A DNA stretch of 64,000 nucleotides from Eledone cirrhosa (taxonomy: Eukaryota): positions 289,726,001 through 289,790,000 of the forward strand of contig OZ024741.1 in assembly GCA_964016885.1 (NCBI GenBank), written 5' to 3'. The translations under genes were made by a program, and so were the position numbers. Shown here piece after piece: positions 30,566 through 44,000 of the stretch. The notes under the pieces were generated by a model. That model saw only the letters and a list, made by a program, of their open reading frames with translations. It was not told the origin of the DNA and did no database searches. Positions within the stretch are counted from its first letter, which is position 1. The number at the start of each line of letters is the position of its first letter.

Positions 30566-31066
30566 ATAATATTAAATGGGTAATGATGAGCCGTTTTTCT
30601 TCTACGAAAAGTATTCATGTTCTTCTGTATTCTCTCACATCTTTTTTTTTTTTTATTTTTTCGTTTTTAACTTCTTTTTACCTCTTGTGACTTTCTTTTC
30701 TTATTCATATTTGCGTTTTTATAAACTCCGGTGTTTGCTTTTCGTTGACAGTCGTTTTCCTCTTTCAAATCGTGAGGAAGACATTACACCCGAAGAAAGA
30801 GCCGCGTGAGTTAGAATGGCCGATAGAGCAATGCTTTTAACATTTTGTTCGTGGGGTGCAGCTAAGATGTACCCTGCAGCATAGGGAGTAGAATATGAAA
30901 GTTTGAATCCATAAAACATCTCGTACATTGATCTACTCTTCCTATTTAAAAATTGATAGAATGTATTTTAAGAGCTGTTATTTAATGGAGCTGTTATTTC
31001 ACGTTCAGAAATTCAACCATTATAAACAACACTAATAGTAATACTAACAAATCTACAAACACTGTT

Positions 31067-31215
31067 ACCAGTACCAGCGTCACCAGTACCAGCATCACCA
31101 GTACCAGCATCAACAGTACCAGCATCACCAGTACCAGCATCACCAGTACCAGCATCACCACTACCAGCATCACCACTACCAGCAACACCAGTACCAGCAT
31201 CACCAATACCACCAT
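31067..31215. repeat. 15-bp minisatellite CACCAGTACCAGCAT
   Basis: About 10 units. Confidence 0.92.
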
Positions 31216-31689
31216 CACCAATAACACCATCACTGTCTCAATAAAAACCACGAACACAACTACTACTGTAATCATCACCAGTAATACTAATAACACCACT
31301 AGTATCATTGCCAACACTAATAACAACACACTAGTGTCACCAACATCAAAAACAACAGCGGCAACATCACTCACAACGATGACGATGATGACAACCACGA
31401 CAATCACGACGACTATGACAAACACTTAATGCTCGGTATCATCATCAACAACAACAACAGCACCATTAATTAACATCACGACATTTCATAATCACGACAT
31501 TGCAACCCGCACACTATCAAAACTACCACCACCACCACCAGCACAACCACCTCTACCACCAACATCACTACCAACATCACCAGAGACACCACCTCTGCCG
31601 TTACTGACACCACAAGTAACATCACCAACAGCACAGCCACCACCACCATCACAACCACCACCACCATCACCGAAACCACCGTGGCTACC

Positions 31690-31878
31690 CCCACTACCAC
31701 CACCACCACCACCACCACCACCACCACTACTACTACTATTACTACCACCACCACCACCACCACCACCACCACCACCACCACCACCACCACCACTACTACT
31801 ACTATTACTACCACCACCACCACCACCACCACCACCACCACCACCACCACCACCACCACCACCACCACCACCACCACC
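31690..31878. repeat. (ACC)n microsatellite with internal duplication
   Basis: The interruption actactactattact occurs twice. Confidence 0.95.
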
Positions 31879-32009
31879 TATACGAAACGCATGTCACGAC
31901 TATTAGAATAAAAGTCTCGAACAATTAGACGTTTTGTTAATAGCTTTGTGAAATATACATTCATGTTTGTTGTTGTTGTTGATTTATTTTAAATGTTGTA
32001 ACACTAAAT

Positions 32010-32010
<1 letters not shown>

Positions 32011-32074
<64 letters not shown>

Positions 32075-35000
32075 CAACGCTAGTGTTGTTATTGTTATTA
32101 TTGTTGTTACTAGTGTTGTTATTGTTGTTACTAGTGTTGTTATTGTTGTTACTAGTGTTGTTATTGTTGTTACTAGTGTTGTTATTGTTGTTGTTAGTGT
32201 TGTTATTGTTGTTACTAGTGTTGTTATTGTTGTTGTTAGTGTTGTTATTGTTGTTACTAGTGTTGTTACTGTTGTTATTAGCGTTGTTATTGTTGTTACT
32301 AGTGTTGTTATTGTTGTTGTTAGTGTTGTTATTGTTGTTACTGGTGTTGTTATTGTTGTTGTTAGTGTTCTTATTGTTGTTACTAGTGTTGTTATTGTTG
32401 TTACTAGTGTTGTTATTGTTGTTACTGGTGTTGTTATTGTTGTTACTACTGTTGTTATTGTTGTTGCTAGTGTTGTTATTGTTGTTACTAGTGTTGTTAT
32501 TGTTGTTGTTAGTGTTGTTATTGTTGTTACTAGTGTTGTTATTGTTGTTACTAGTGTTGTTATTGTTGTTGTTAGTGTTGTTATTGTTGTTACTAGTGTT
32601 GTTATTGTTGTTACTAGTGTTGTTATTGTTGTTACTGGTGTTGTTATTGTTGTTACTACTGTTGTTATTGTTGTTGCTAGTGTTGTTATTGTTGTTACTA
32701 GTGTTGTTATTGTTGTTACTAGTGTTGTTATTGTTGTTGTTAGTGTTGTTATTGTTGTTACTAGTGTTGTTATTGTTGTTACTAGTGTTGTTATTGTTGT
32801 TGTTAGTGTTGTTATTGTTGGTAGTAGTGTTGTTATTGTTGTTGCTAGTGTTGTTATTGTTGTTACTGGTGTTGTTATTGTTGTTACTAGTGTTGTTATT
32901 GTTGTTACTGGTGTTGTTATTGTTGTTACTAGTGTTGTTATTGTTGTTACTAGTGTTGTTATTGTTGTTACTGGTGTTGTTATTGTTGTCACTAGTGTTG
33001 TTATTGTTGTTGTTAGTGTTGTTATTGTTGGTAGTAGTGTTGTTATTATGGTTACTAGTGTTGTTATTGTTGTAACTGGTGTTGTTATTGGTGTTGCTAG
33101 TGTTGTTATTGTTGTTACTAGTATTGTTATTATGGTTACTGGTGTTGTTATTGTTGTTACTAGTGTTGTTATTGTTGTTGCTAGTGTTGTTATTGTTGTT
33201 ACTAGTGTTGTTATTGTTGTTACTAGTGTTGTTATTGTTGTTACTAGTGTTGTTATTGTTGTTACTAGTGTTGTTATTGTTGTTATTGTTGTTGTTAGTG
33301 TTGTTATTGTTGTTACTAGTGTTGTTATTGTTGTTACTAGTGTTGTTATTGTTGTTACTAGTATTGTTATTATGGTTACTAGTGTTGTTATTGTTGTTAC
33401 TAGTGTTGTTATTGTTGTCACTAGTGTTGTTATTGTTGTTACTAGTGTTGTTATTGTTGTCACTAGTGTTGTTATTGTTGTTACTAGTGTTGTTATTGTT
33501 GTTACTAGTGTTGTTATTGTTGTTACTAGTGTTGTTATTGTTGTTATTGTTGTTGTTAGTGTTGTTATTGTTGTTACTAGTGTTGTTATTGTTGTTACTA
33601 GTGTTGTTATTGTTGTCACTAGTGTTGTTATTGTTGTTACTAGTGTTGTTATTGTTGTCACTAGTGTTGTTATTGTTGTTACTAGTGTTGTTATTGTTGT
33701 TACTAGTGTTGTTATTGTTGTTACTAGTGTTGTTATTGTTGTTATTGTTGTTGTTAGTGTTGTTATTGTTGTTACTAGTGTTGTTATTATGGTTACTAGT
33801 GTTGTTATTGTTGTTACTACTGTTGTTATTGTTGTTACTAGTGTTGTTATTGTTGTTACTAGTGTTGTTATTGTTGTTATTGTTGTTGTTAGTGTTGTTA
33901 TTGTTGTTACTAGTGTTGTTATTGTTGTCACTAGTGTTGTTATTGTTGTCACTAGTGTTGTTATTGTTGTTACTAGTGTTGTTATTGTTGTCACTAGTGT
34001 TGTTATTGTTGTTACTAGTGTTGTTATTGTTGTTACTAGTGTTGTTATTGTTGTTACTAGTGTTGTTATTGTTGTTATTGTTGTTGTTAGTGTTGTTATT
34101 GTTGTTACTAGTGTTGTTATTATGGTTACTAGTGTTGTTATTGTTGTTACTACTGTTGTTATTGTTGTTACTTGTGTTGTTATTGTTGTCACTAGTGTTG
34201 TTATTGTTGTTACTAGAGTTGTTATTGTTGTTGCTAGTGTTGTTATTGTTGTTACTAGTGTTGTTATTGTTGTTACTAGTGTTGTTATTGTTGTTGTTAG
34301 TGTTGTTATTGTTGTTACTAGTGTTGTTATTGTTGGTACTAGTGTTGTTATTGCTGTTGCTAGTGTTGTTATTGTTGTTGCTAGTGTTGTTATTGTTGAT
34401 ACTAGTGTTGTTATTGTTGTTACTTGTGTTGTTATTGTTGTTACTTGTGTTGTTATTGTGGTTGCTAGTGTTGTTATTGTTGTTACTTGTGTAGTTATTG
34501 TTGTTGCTAATGTTGTTATTGTTGTTGTTATTGTTGGTACTAGTGTTGTTATTGTTGCCACTAGTGTTGTTATTGTTGTTGTTAGTGTTGTTATTGTTGT
34601 TGCTAGTGTTGTTATTGTTGTTACTAGTGTTGTTATTGTTGTTGTTAGTGTTGTTATTGTTGGTACTAGTGTTGTTATTGTTGTCACTAGTGTTGTTATT
34701 GTTGTCACTAGTGTTGTTATTGTTGTCACTAGTGTTGTTATTGTTGTTACTAGAGTTGTTATTGTTGTTGCTAGTGTTGTTATTGTTGTTACTTGTGTAG
34801 TTATTGTTGTTGCTAGTGTTGCTATTGTTGTTACAAGTGTTGTAATTGTTGTTGCTAGTGTTGTTATTGTTGTTACTAGTGTTGTTATTGTTGTTGCTAG
34901 TGTTGTTATTGTTGTTACTAGTGTTATTATTGTTGTTGTTAGTGTTGTTATTGTTGGTACTAGTTTTGTTATTGTTGTTACTAGTGTTGTTATTGTTGTT

Positions 35001-38000
35001 ACTAGTGTTGTTATTGTTGTTGCTAGTGTTGTTATTGTTGTTACTAGTGTTATTATTGTTGTTGTTAGTGTTGTTATTGTTGGTACTAGTTTTGTTATTG
35101 TTGTTACTAGTGTTGTTATTGTTGTTACTAGTGTTGTAATTGTTGTTGCTAGTGTTGTTATTGTTGTTACTAGTGTTATTATTGTTGTTGTTAGTGTTGT
35201 TATTGTTGGTACTAGTTTTGTTATTGTTGTTACTAGTGTTGTTATTGTTGTCACTAGTGTTGTTATTGTCGTTACTAGTGTTGTTATTGTTGTTACTGGT
35301 GTTGTTACTGTTGTTGTTAGTGTTGTTATTGTTGCTACTAGTGTTGTTATTGTTGTTACTAGTGTTGTTATTGTCGTTACTAGTGTTGTTATTGTTGTTA
35401 CTGGTGTTGTTACTGTTGTTGTTTGTGTTGTTATTGTTGTTACTGGTGTTGTTATTCTTGTTATTATTGTTGTTATTGTTGTTACATGTGTTGTTATTGT
35501 TGTTACTAGTGTTGTTATTGTTGTTGTTAGTGTTGTTATTGTTGTTACTAGTGTTGTTATTGTTGTTACTAGTGTTGTTATTATTGTTGCTAGTGATGTT
35601 ATTGTTGTTACTAGTGTTGTTATTGTTGTTACTAGTGTTGTTATTGTTGTTACTAGTGTTGTTATTGTTGTTACTAGTGTTATTATTGTTGTTGCTAGTG
35701 TTGTTATTGTTGTTGCTAGTGTTGTTATTGTTGTTACTAGTGTTGTTATTGTTGTTACTAGTGTTGTTATTGTTGTTGCTAGTGTTGTTATTGTTGTTGC
35801 TATTGTTGTTATTGTTGTTACTAGTGTTGTTATTGTTGTTGCTAGTGTTGTTATTGTTGTTACTAGTGTTGTTATTGTTGTTACTGGTGTTGTTATTGTT
35901 GTTACTAGTGTTGTTATTGTTGTTGCTAGTGTTGTTATTGTTGTTGCTAGTGTTGTTATTGTTGTTAATGGTGTTGTTATTGTTGTTACTAGTGTTGTTA
36001 TTGTTGTCACTAGTGTTGTTATTGTTGTTGCTAGTGTTGTTATTGTTGTTACTAGTGTTGTTATTGATGTTACTGGTGTTGTAATTGTTGTGGCTAGTGT
36101 TGTTATTGTTGTTGCTAGTGTTGTTATTGTTGTTACTGGTGTTGTTATTGTTGTTACTAGTGTCGTTATTGTTGTTGTTAGTGTTGTTATTGTTGTTGCT
36201 AGTGTTGTTATTGTTGTTAATAGTGTTGTTATTGTTGTTACTGGTGTTGTTATTGTTGTTACTAGTGTTGTTATTGTTGTCACTAGTGTTGTTATTGTTG
36301 TTGCTAGTGTTGTTATTGTTGTCACTAGTGTTGTTATTGTTGTTACTAGTGTTGTTATTGATGTTACTGGTGTTGTTATTGTTGTTACTAGTGTTGTTAT
36401 TGTTGTCACTAGTGTTGTTATTGTTGTTGTTAGTGTTGTTATTGTTGTCACTAGAGTTGTTATTGTTGTCACTAGTGTTGTTATTGTTGTTACTAATGTT
36501 GTTATTGTTGTTACTAGTGTTGTTGATTGTTGTTGCTAGTGTTGTTATTGTTGTTGTTAGTGTTGTTATTGTTGTCACTAGTGTTGTTATTGTTGTTACT
36601 AGTGTTGTTATTGTTGTTGCTAGTGTTGTTATTGTTGTTGTTAGTGTTGTTATTGTTGTTGTTAGTGTTGTTAGTGTTGTTACTAGTGTTGTTATTGTTG
36701 CTACTGGTGTTCTTATTGTTGTTACTAGTGTTGTTATTCTTGTTACTTGTGTTGTTATTGTTGTTGTTAGTGTTGTTATTGTTGTCACTAGTGTTGTTAT
36801 TGTTGTTACTAATGTTGTTATTGTTGTTACTAGTGTTGTTATTGTTGTTGCTAGTGTTGTTATTGTTGTTGTTAGTGTTGTTATTGTTGTCACTAGTGTT
36901 GTTATTGTTGTTACTAGTGTTGTTATTGTTGTTACTACTGTTGTTATTGTTGTTGCTAGTGTTGTTATTGTTGTTACTAGTGTTGTTATTGTTGTTGTTT
37001 GTGTTGTTATTGTTGTTGCTAGTGTTGTTATTGTTGTTACTAGTGTTGTTATTGTTGTTACTAGGGTTGTTATTGTTGTTACTAGTGTTGTTATTGTAGT
37101 TACTAGTGTTGTTATTGTTGTTGCTAGTGTTGTTATTGTTGTTACTAGTGTTGTTATTATGGTTACTAGTGTTGTTATTGTTGTCACTAGTGTTGTTATT
37201 GTTGTTACTAGTGTTGTTATTGTTGTTACTAGTGTTGTTATTGTTGTTACTAGTGTTGTTATTGTTGTTCCTTGTGTTGTTATTGTTGTCACTGTTGTTG
37301 TTATTGTTGTTACTTGTGTTGTTATTGTTGTTACTAGTGTTGTTATTGTTGTTGCTAGTGTTGTTATTGTTGTTACTAGTGTTGTTATTGTTGTTGTTAG
37401 TGTTGTTATTGTTGGTACTAGTGTTGTTATTGTTGTCACTAGTGTTGTTATTGTTGTTACTAGAGTTGTTATTGTTGTTGCTAGTGTTGTTATTGTTGTT
37501 ACTAGTGTTGTTATTGTTGTTGCTAGTGTTGTTATTGTTTTTACTAGTGTTGTTATTGTTGTTGCTAGTGTTGTTATTGTTGATACTAGTGTAGTTATTG
37601 TTGTTACTTGTGTTGTTATTGTTGTTGCTAGTGTTGTTATTGTTGTTACTAGTGTTGTTATTGTTGTTACTTGTGTTGTTATTGTTGTTACTTGTGTTGT
37701 TATTGTTGTTGCTAGTGTTGTTATTGTTGTTACTTGTGTAGTTATTGTTGTTGCTAGTGTTGTTATTGTTGTTACAAGTGTTGTTATTGTTGTTGCTAGT
37801 GTTGTTATTGTTGTTACTAGTGTTATTATTGTTGTTGTTAGTGTTGTTATTGTTGGTACTAGTGTTGTTATTGTTGTTACTAGTCTTGTTATTGTTGTTA
37901 CTAGTGTTTTTATTGTCGTTACTAGTGTTGTTATTGTTGTTACTGGTGTTGTTACTGTTGTTGTTAGTGTTGTTATTGTTGTTACTGGTGTTGTTATTGT

Positions 38001-41000
38001 TGTTACTAGTGTTGTTATTGTTGTTACTAGTGTTGTTATTGTTGTTACTAGTGTTGTTATTGTTGTTACTAGTGTTATTATTGTTGTTGCTAGTGTTGTT
38101 ATTGTTGTTGCTAGTGTTGTTATTGTTGTTACTAGTGTTGTTATTGTTGTTACTAGTGTTATTATTGTTGTTGCTAGTGTTGTTATTGTTGTTGCTAGTG
38201 TTGTTATTGTTGTTACTAGTGTTGTTATTGTTGTTACTAGTGTTGTTATTATTGTTGCTAGTGTTGTTATTGTTGTTGCTATTGTTGTTATTGTTGTTAC
38301 TAGTGTTGTTATTGTTGTTGCTAGTGTTGTTATTGTTGTTACTAGTGTTGTTATTGTTGTTACTGGTGTTGTTATTGTTGTTACTAGTGTTGTTATTGTT
38401 GTTGCTAGTGTTGTTATTGTTGTTGCTAGTGTTGTTATTGTTGTTAATGGTGTTGTTATTCTTGTTACTAGTGTTTTTATTGTTGTCACTAGTGTTGTTA
38501 TTGTTGTTGCTAGTTTTGTTATTGTTGTTACTAGTGTTGTTATTGTTGTCACTGGTGTTGTTATTGTTGTTACTTGTGTTGTTATTGTTGTTACTAGTGT
38601 TGTTATTGTTGTTACTAGTGTTGTTATTGTTGTCACTAGTGTTGTTATTGTTGTTACTAGTGTTGTTATTGTTGTTACTAGTGTTGTTATTGTTGTTACT
38701 AGTATTGTTATTATGGTTACTAGTGTTGTTATTGTTGTTACTAGTGTTGTTATTGTTGTTACTGGTGTTGTTATTGTTGTTACTAGTATTGTTATTATGG
38801 TTACTAGTGTTGTTATTGTTGTTACTACTGTTGTTATTGTTGTTGCTAGTGTTGTTATTGTTGTTACTAGTGTTGTTATTGTTGTTACTAGTATTGTTAT
38901 TGTTGTTGCTAGTGTTGTTATTGTTGTTACTACTGTTGTTATTGTTGTTGCTAGTGTTGTTATTGTTGTTACTAGTGTTGTTATTGTTGTTACTAGTATT
39001 GTTATTATGGTTACTAGTGTTGTTATTGTTGTTACTACTGTTGTTATTGTTGTTGCTAGTGTTGTTATTGTTGTTACTAGTGTTGTTATTGTTGTTGTTA
39101 GTGTTGTTATTGTTGGTACTAGTGTTGTTATTGTTGTCACTAGTGTTGTTATTGTTGTTGCTAGTGTTGTAATTGTTGTTACTAGTGTTGTTATTGTTGT
39201 TACTAGTGTTGTTATTGTTGTTGTTAGTGTTGTTATTGTTGTTACTAGTGTTGTTATTGTTGGTACTAGTGTTGTTATTGCTGTTGCTAGTGTTGTTATT
39301 GTTGTTGCTAGTGTTGTTATTGTTGATACTAGTGTTGTTATTGTTGTTACTTGTGTTGTTATTGTTGTTGCTAGTGTTGTTATTGTTGTTACTAGTGTTG
39401 TTATTGTTGTTGTTAGTGTTGTTATTGTTGGTACTAGTGTTGTTATTGTTGTCACTAGTGTTGTTATTGTTGTTGCTAGTGTTGTAATTGTTGTTACTAG
39501 TGTTGTTATTGTTGTTACTAGTGTTGTTATTGTTGTTGTTAGTGTTGTTATTGTTGTTACTAGTGTTGTTATTGTTGGTACTAGTGTTGTTATTGCTGTT
39601 GCTAGTGTTGTTATTGTTGTTGCTAGTGTTGTTATTGTTGATACTAGTGTTGTTATTGTTGTTACTTGTGTTGTTATTGTTGTTGCTAGTGTTGTTATTG
39701 TTGTTACTAGTGTTGTTATTGTTGTTACTTGTGTTGTTATTGTTGTTACTTGTGTTGTTATTGTGGTTGCTAGTGTTGTTATTGTTGTTACTTGTGTAGT
39801 TATTGTTGTTGCTAGTGTTGTTATTGTTGTTGTTAGTGTTGTTATTGTTGGTACTAGTGTTGTTATTGTTGCCACTAGTGTTGTTATTGTTGTTGTTAGT
39901 GTTGTTATTGTTGGTACTAGTGTTGTTATTGTTGTCACTAGTGTTGTTATTGTTGTTACTAGAGTTGTTATTGTTGTTGCTAGTGTTGTTATTGTTGTTA
40001 CTAGTGTTGTTATTGTTGTTGTTAGTGTTGTTATTGTTGGTACTAGTGTTGTTATTGTTGTCACTAGTGTTGTTATTGTTGTCACTAGTGTTGTTATTGT
40101 TGTTACTAGAGTTGTTATTGTTGTTGCTAGTGTTGTTATTGTTGTTACTTGTGTAGTTATTGTTGTTGCTAGTGTTGCTATTGTTGTTACAAGTGTTGTA
40201 ATTGTTGTTGCTAGTGTTGTTATTGTTGTTACTAGTGTTATTATTGTTGTTGTTAGTGTTGTTATTGTTGGTACTAGTTTTGTTATTGTTGTTACTAGTG
40301 TTGTTATTGTTGTTACTAGTGTTGTTATTGTCGTTACTAGTGTTGTTATTGTTGTTACTGGTGTTGTTACTGTTGTTGTTAGTGTTGTTATTGTTGTTAC
40401 TAGTGTTGTTATTGTTGTTACTAGTGTTGTTATTGTCGTTACTAGTGTTGTTATTGTTGTTACTGGTGTTGTTACTGTTGTTGTTTGTGTTGTTATTGTT
40501 GTTACTGGTGTTGTTATTCTTGTTATTATTGTTGTTAATGTTGTTACTTGTGTTGTTATTGTTGTTACTAGTGTTGTTATTGTTGTTGTTAGTGTTGTTA
40601 TTGTTGTTACTAGTGTTGTTATTGTTGTTACTTGTGTTGTAATTGTTGTTGCTAGTGATGTTATTGTTGTTACTAGTGTTGTTATTGTTGTTACTAGTGT
40701 TGTTATTGTTGTTACTAGTGTTGTTATTGTTGTTACTAGTGTTATTATTGTTGTTGCTAGTGTTGTTATTGTTGTTGCTAGTGTTGTTATTGTTGTTACT
40801 AGTGTTGTTATTGTTGTTACTAGTGTTGTTATTGTTGTTACTAGTGTTGTTATTGTTGTTGCTATTGTTGTTATTGTTGTTACTAGTGTTGTTATTGTTG
40901 TTGCTAGTGTTGTTATTGTTGTTACTAGTGTTGTTATTGTTGTTACTGGTGTTGTTATTGTTGTTACTAGTGTTGTTATTGTTGTTGCTAGTGTTGTTAT

Positions 41001-44000
41001 TGTTGTTGCTAGTGTTGTTATTGTTGTTAATGGTGTTGTTATTGTTGTTACTAGTGTTGTTATTGTTGTCACTAGTGTTGTTATTGTTGTTGCTAGTGTT
41101 GTTATTGTTGTTACTAGTGTTGTTATTGATGTTACTGGTGTTGTTATTGTTGTCACTAGTGTTGTTATTGTTGTTGCTAGTGTTGTAATTGTTGTGGCTA
41201 GTGTTGTTATTGTTGTTGCTAGTGTTGTTATTGTTGTTACTGGTGTTGTTATTGTTGTTACTAGTGTCGTTATTGTTGTTGTTAGTGTTGTTATTGTTGT
41301 TGCTAGTGTTGTTATTGTTGTTAATAGTGTTGTTATTGTTGTTACTGGTGTTGTTATTGTTGTTACTAGTGTTGTTATTGTTGTCACTAGTGTTGTTATT
41401 GTTGTTGCTAGTGTTGTTATTGTTGTCACTAGTGTTGTTATTGTTGTTACTAGTGTTGTTATTGATGTTACTGGTGTTGTTATTGTTGTTACTAGTGTTG
41501 TTATTGTTGTCACTAGTGTTGTTATTGTTGTTGTTAGTGTTGTTATTGTTGTCACTAGTGTTGTTATTGTTGTCACTAGTGTTGTTATTGTTGTTACTAA
41601 TGTTGTTATTGTTGTTACTAGTGTTGTTGATTGTTGTTGCTAGTGTTGTTATTGTTGTTGTTAGTGTTGTTATTGTTGTCACTAGTGTTGTTATTGTTGT
41701 TACTAGTGTTGTTATTGTTGTTGCTAGTGTTGTTATTGTTGTTGTTAGTGTTGTTATTGTTGTTGTTAGTGTTGTTAGTGTTGTTACTAGTGTTGTTATT
41801 GTTGCTACTGGTGTTCTTATTGTTGTTACTAGTGTTGTTATTCTTGTTACTTGTGTTGTTATTGTTGTTGTTAGTGTTGTTATTGTTGTCACTAGTGTTG
41901 TTATTGTTGTTACTAATGTTGTTATTGTTGTTACTAGTTTTGTTATTGTTGTTGCTAGTGTTGTTATTGTTGTTGTTAGTGTTGTTATTGTTGTCACTAG
42001 TGTTGTTATTGTTGTTACTAGTGTTGTTATTGTTGTTACTACTGTTGTTATTGTTGTTGCTAGTGTTGTTATTGTTGTTACTAGTGTTGTTATTGTTGTT
42101 GTTAGTGTTGTTATTGTTGTTGTTAGTGTTGTTATTGTTGTTACTAGTGTTGTTATTGTTGTTACTAGGGTTGTTATTGTTGTTACTAGTGTTGTTATTG
42201 TAGTTACTAGTGTTGTTATTGTTGTTGCTAGTGTTGTTATTGTTGTTACTAGTGTTGTTATTATGGTTACTAGTGTTGTTATTGTTGTCACTAGTGTTGT
42301 TATTGTTGTTTCTAGTGTTGTTATTGTTGTTAGTAGTGTTGTTATTGTTGTTACTAGTGTTGTTATTGTTGTTACTTGTGTTGTTATTGTTGTCACTGTT
42401 GTTGTTATTGTTGTTACTTGTGTTGTTATTGTTGTTACTAGTGTTGTTATTGTTGTTGCTAGTGTTGTTATTGTTGTTACTAGTGTTGTTATTGTTGTTG
42501 TTAGTGTTGTTATTGTTGGTACTAGTGTTGTTATTGTTGTCACTAGTGTTGTTATTGTTGTTACTAGAGTTGTTATTGTTGTTGCTAGTGTTGTTATTGT
42601 TGTTACTAGTGTTGTTATTGTTGTTGCTAGTGTTGTTATTGTTCTTACTAGTGTTGTTATTGTTGTTGCTAGTGTTGTTATTGTTGGTACTAGTGTAGTT
42701 ATTGTTGTTACTTGTGTTGTTATTGTTGTTGCTAGTGTTGTTATTGTTGTTACTAGTGTTGTTATTGTTGTTACTTGTGTTGTTATTGTTGTTACTTGTG
42801 TTATTATTGTTGTTGCTAGTGTTGTTATTGTTGTTACTAGTGTTGTTATTGTTGTTACTAGTGTTGTTATTGTTGTTACTTGTGTAGTTATTGTTGTTGC
42901 TAGTGTTGTTATTGTTGTTACAAGTGTTGTTATTGTTGTTGCTAGTGTTGTTATTGTTGTTACTAGTGTTATTATTGTTGTTGTTAGTGTTGTTATTGTT
43001 GGTACTAGTGTTGTTATTGTTGTTACTAGTCTTGTTATTGTTGTTACTAGTGTTGTTATTGTCGTTACTAGTGTTGTTATTGTTGTTACTGGTGTTGTTA
43101 CTGTTGTTGTTAGTGTTGTTATTGTTGTTACTGGTGTTGTTATTGTTGTTACTAGTGTTGTTATTGTTGTTACTAGTGTTGTTATTGTTGTTACTAGTGT
43201 TGTTATTGTTGTTACTAGTGTTATTATTGTTGTTGCTAGTGTTGTTATTGTTGTTGCTAGTGTTGTTATTGTTGTTACTAGTGTTGTTATTGTTGTTACT
43301 AGTGTTATTATTGTTGTTGCTAGTGTTGTTATTGTTGTTGCTAGTGTTGTTATTGTTGTTACTAGTGTTGTTATTGTTGTTACTAGTGTTGTTATTATTG
43401 TTGCTATTGTTGTTATTGTTGTTACTAGTGTTGTTATTGTTGTTGCTAGTGTTGTTATTGTTGTTACTAGTGTTGTTATTGTTGTTACTGGTGTTGTTAT
43501 TGTTGTTACTAGTGTTGTTATTGTTGTTGCTAGTGTTGTTATTGTTGTTGCTAGTGTTGTTATTGTTGTTAATGGTGTTGTTATTGTTGTTACTAGTGTT
43601 GTTATTGTTGTCACTAGTGTTGTTATTGTTGTTGCTAGTTTTGTTATTGTTGTTACTAGTGTTGTTATTGTTGTTACTGGTGTTGTTATTGTTGTTACTA
43701 GTGTTGTTATTGTTGTTGTTAGTGTTGTTATTGTTGTTGCTAGTGTTGTTATTGTTGTTACTATTGTTGTTATTGCTGTTACTGGTGTTGTTATTGTTGT
43801 TACTAGTGTTGTTATTGTTGTTACTGGTGTTGTTATTGTTGTTACTAGTGTTGTTATTGTTGTTACTAGTGTTGTTATTGTTGTTACTGGTGTTGTTATT
43901 GTTGTTACTAGTGTTGTTATTGTTGTCACTAGTGTTGTTATTGTTGTTACTTGTGTTGTTATTGTTGTCACTGGTGTTGTTATTGTTGTTACTTGTGTTG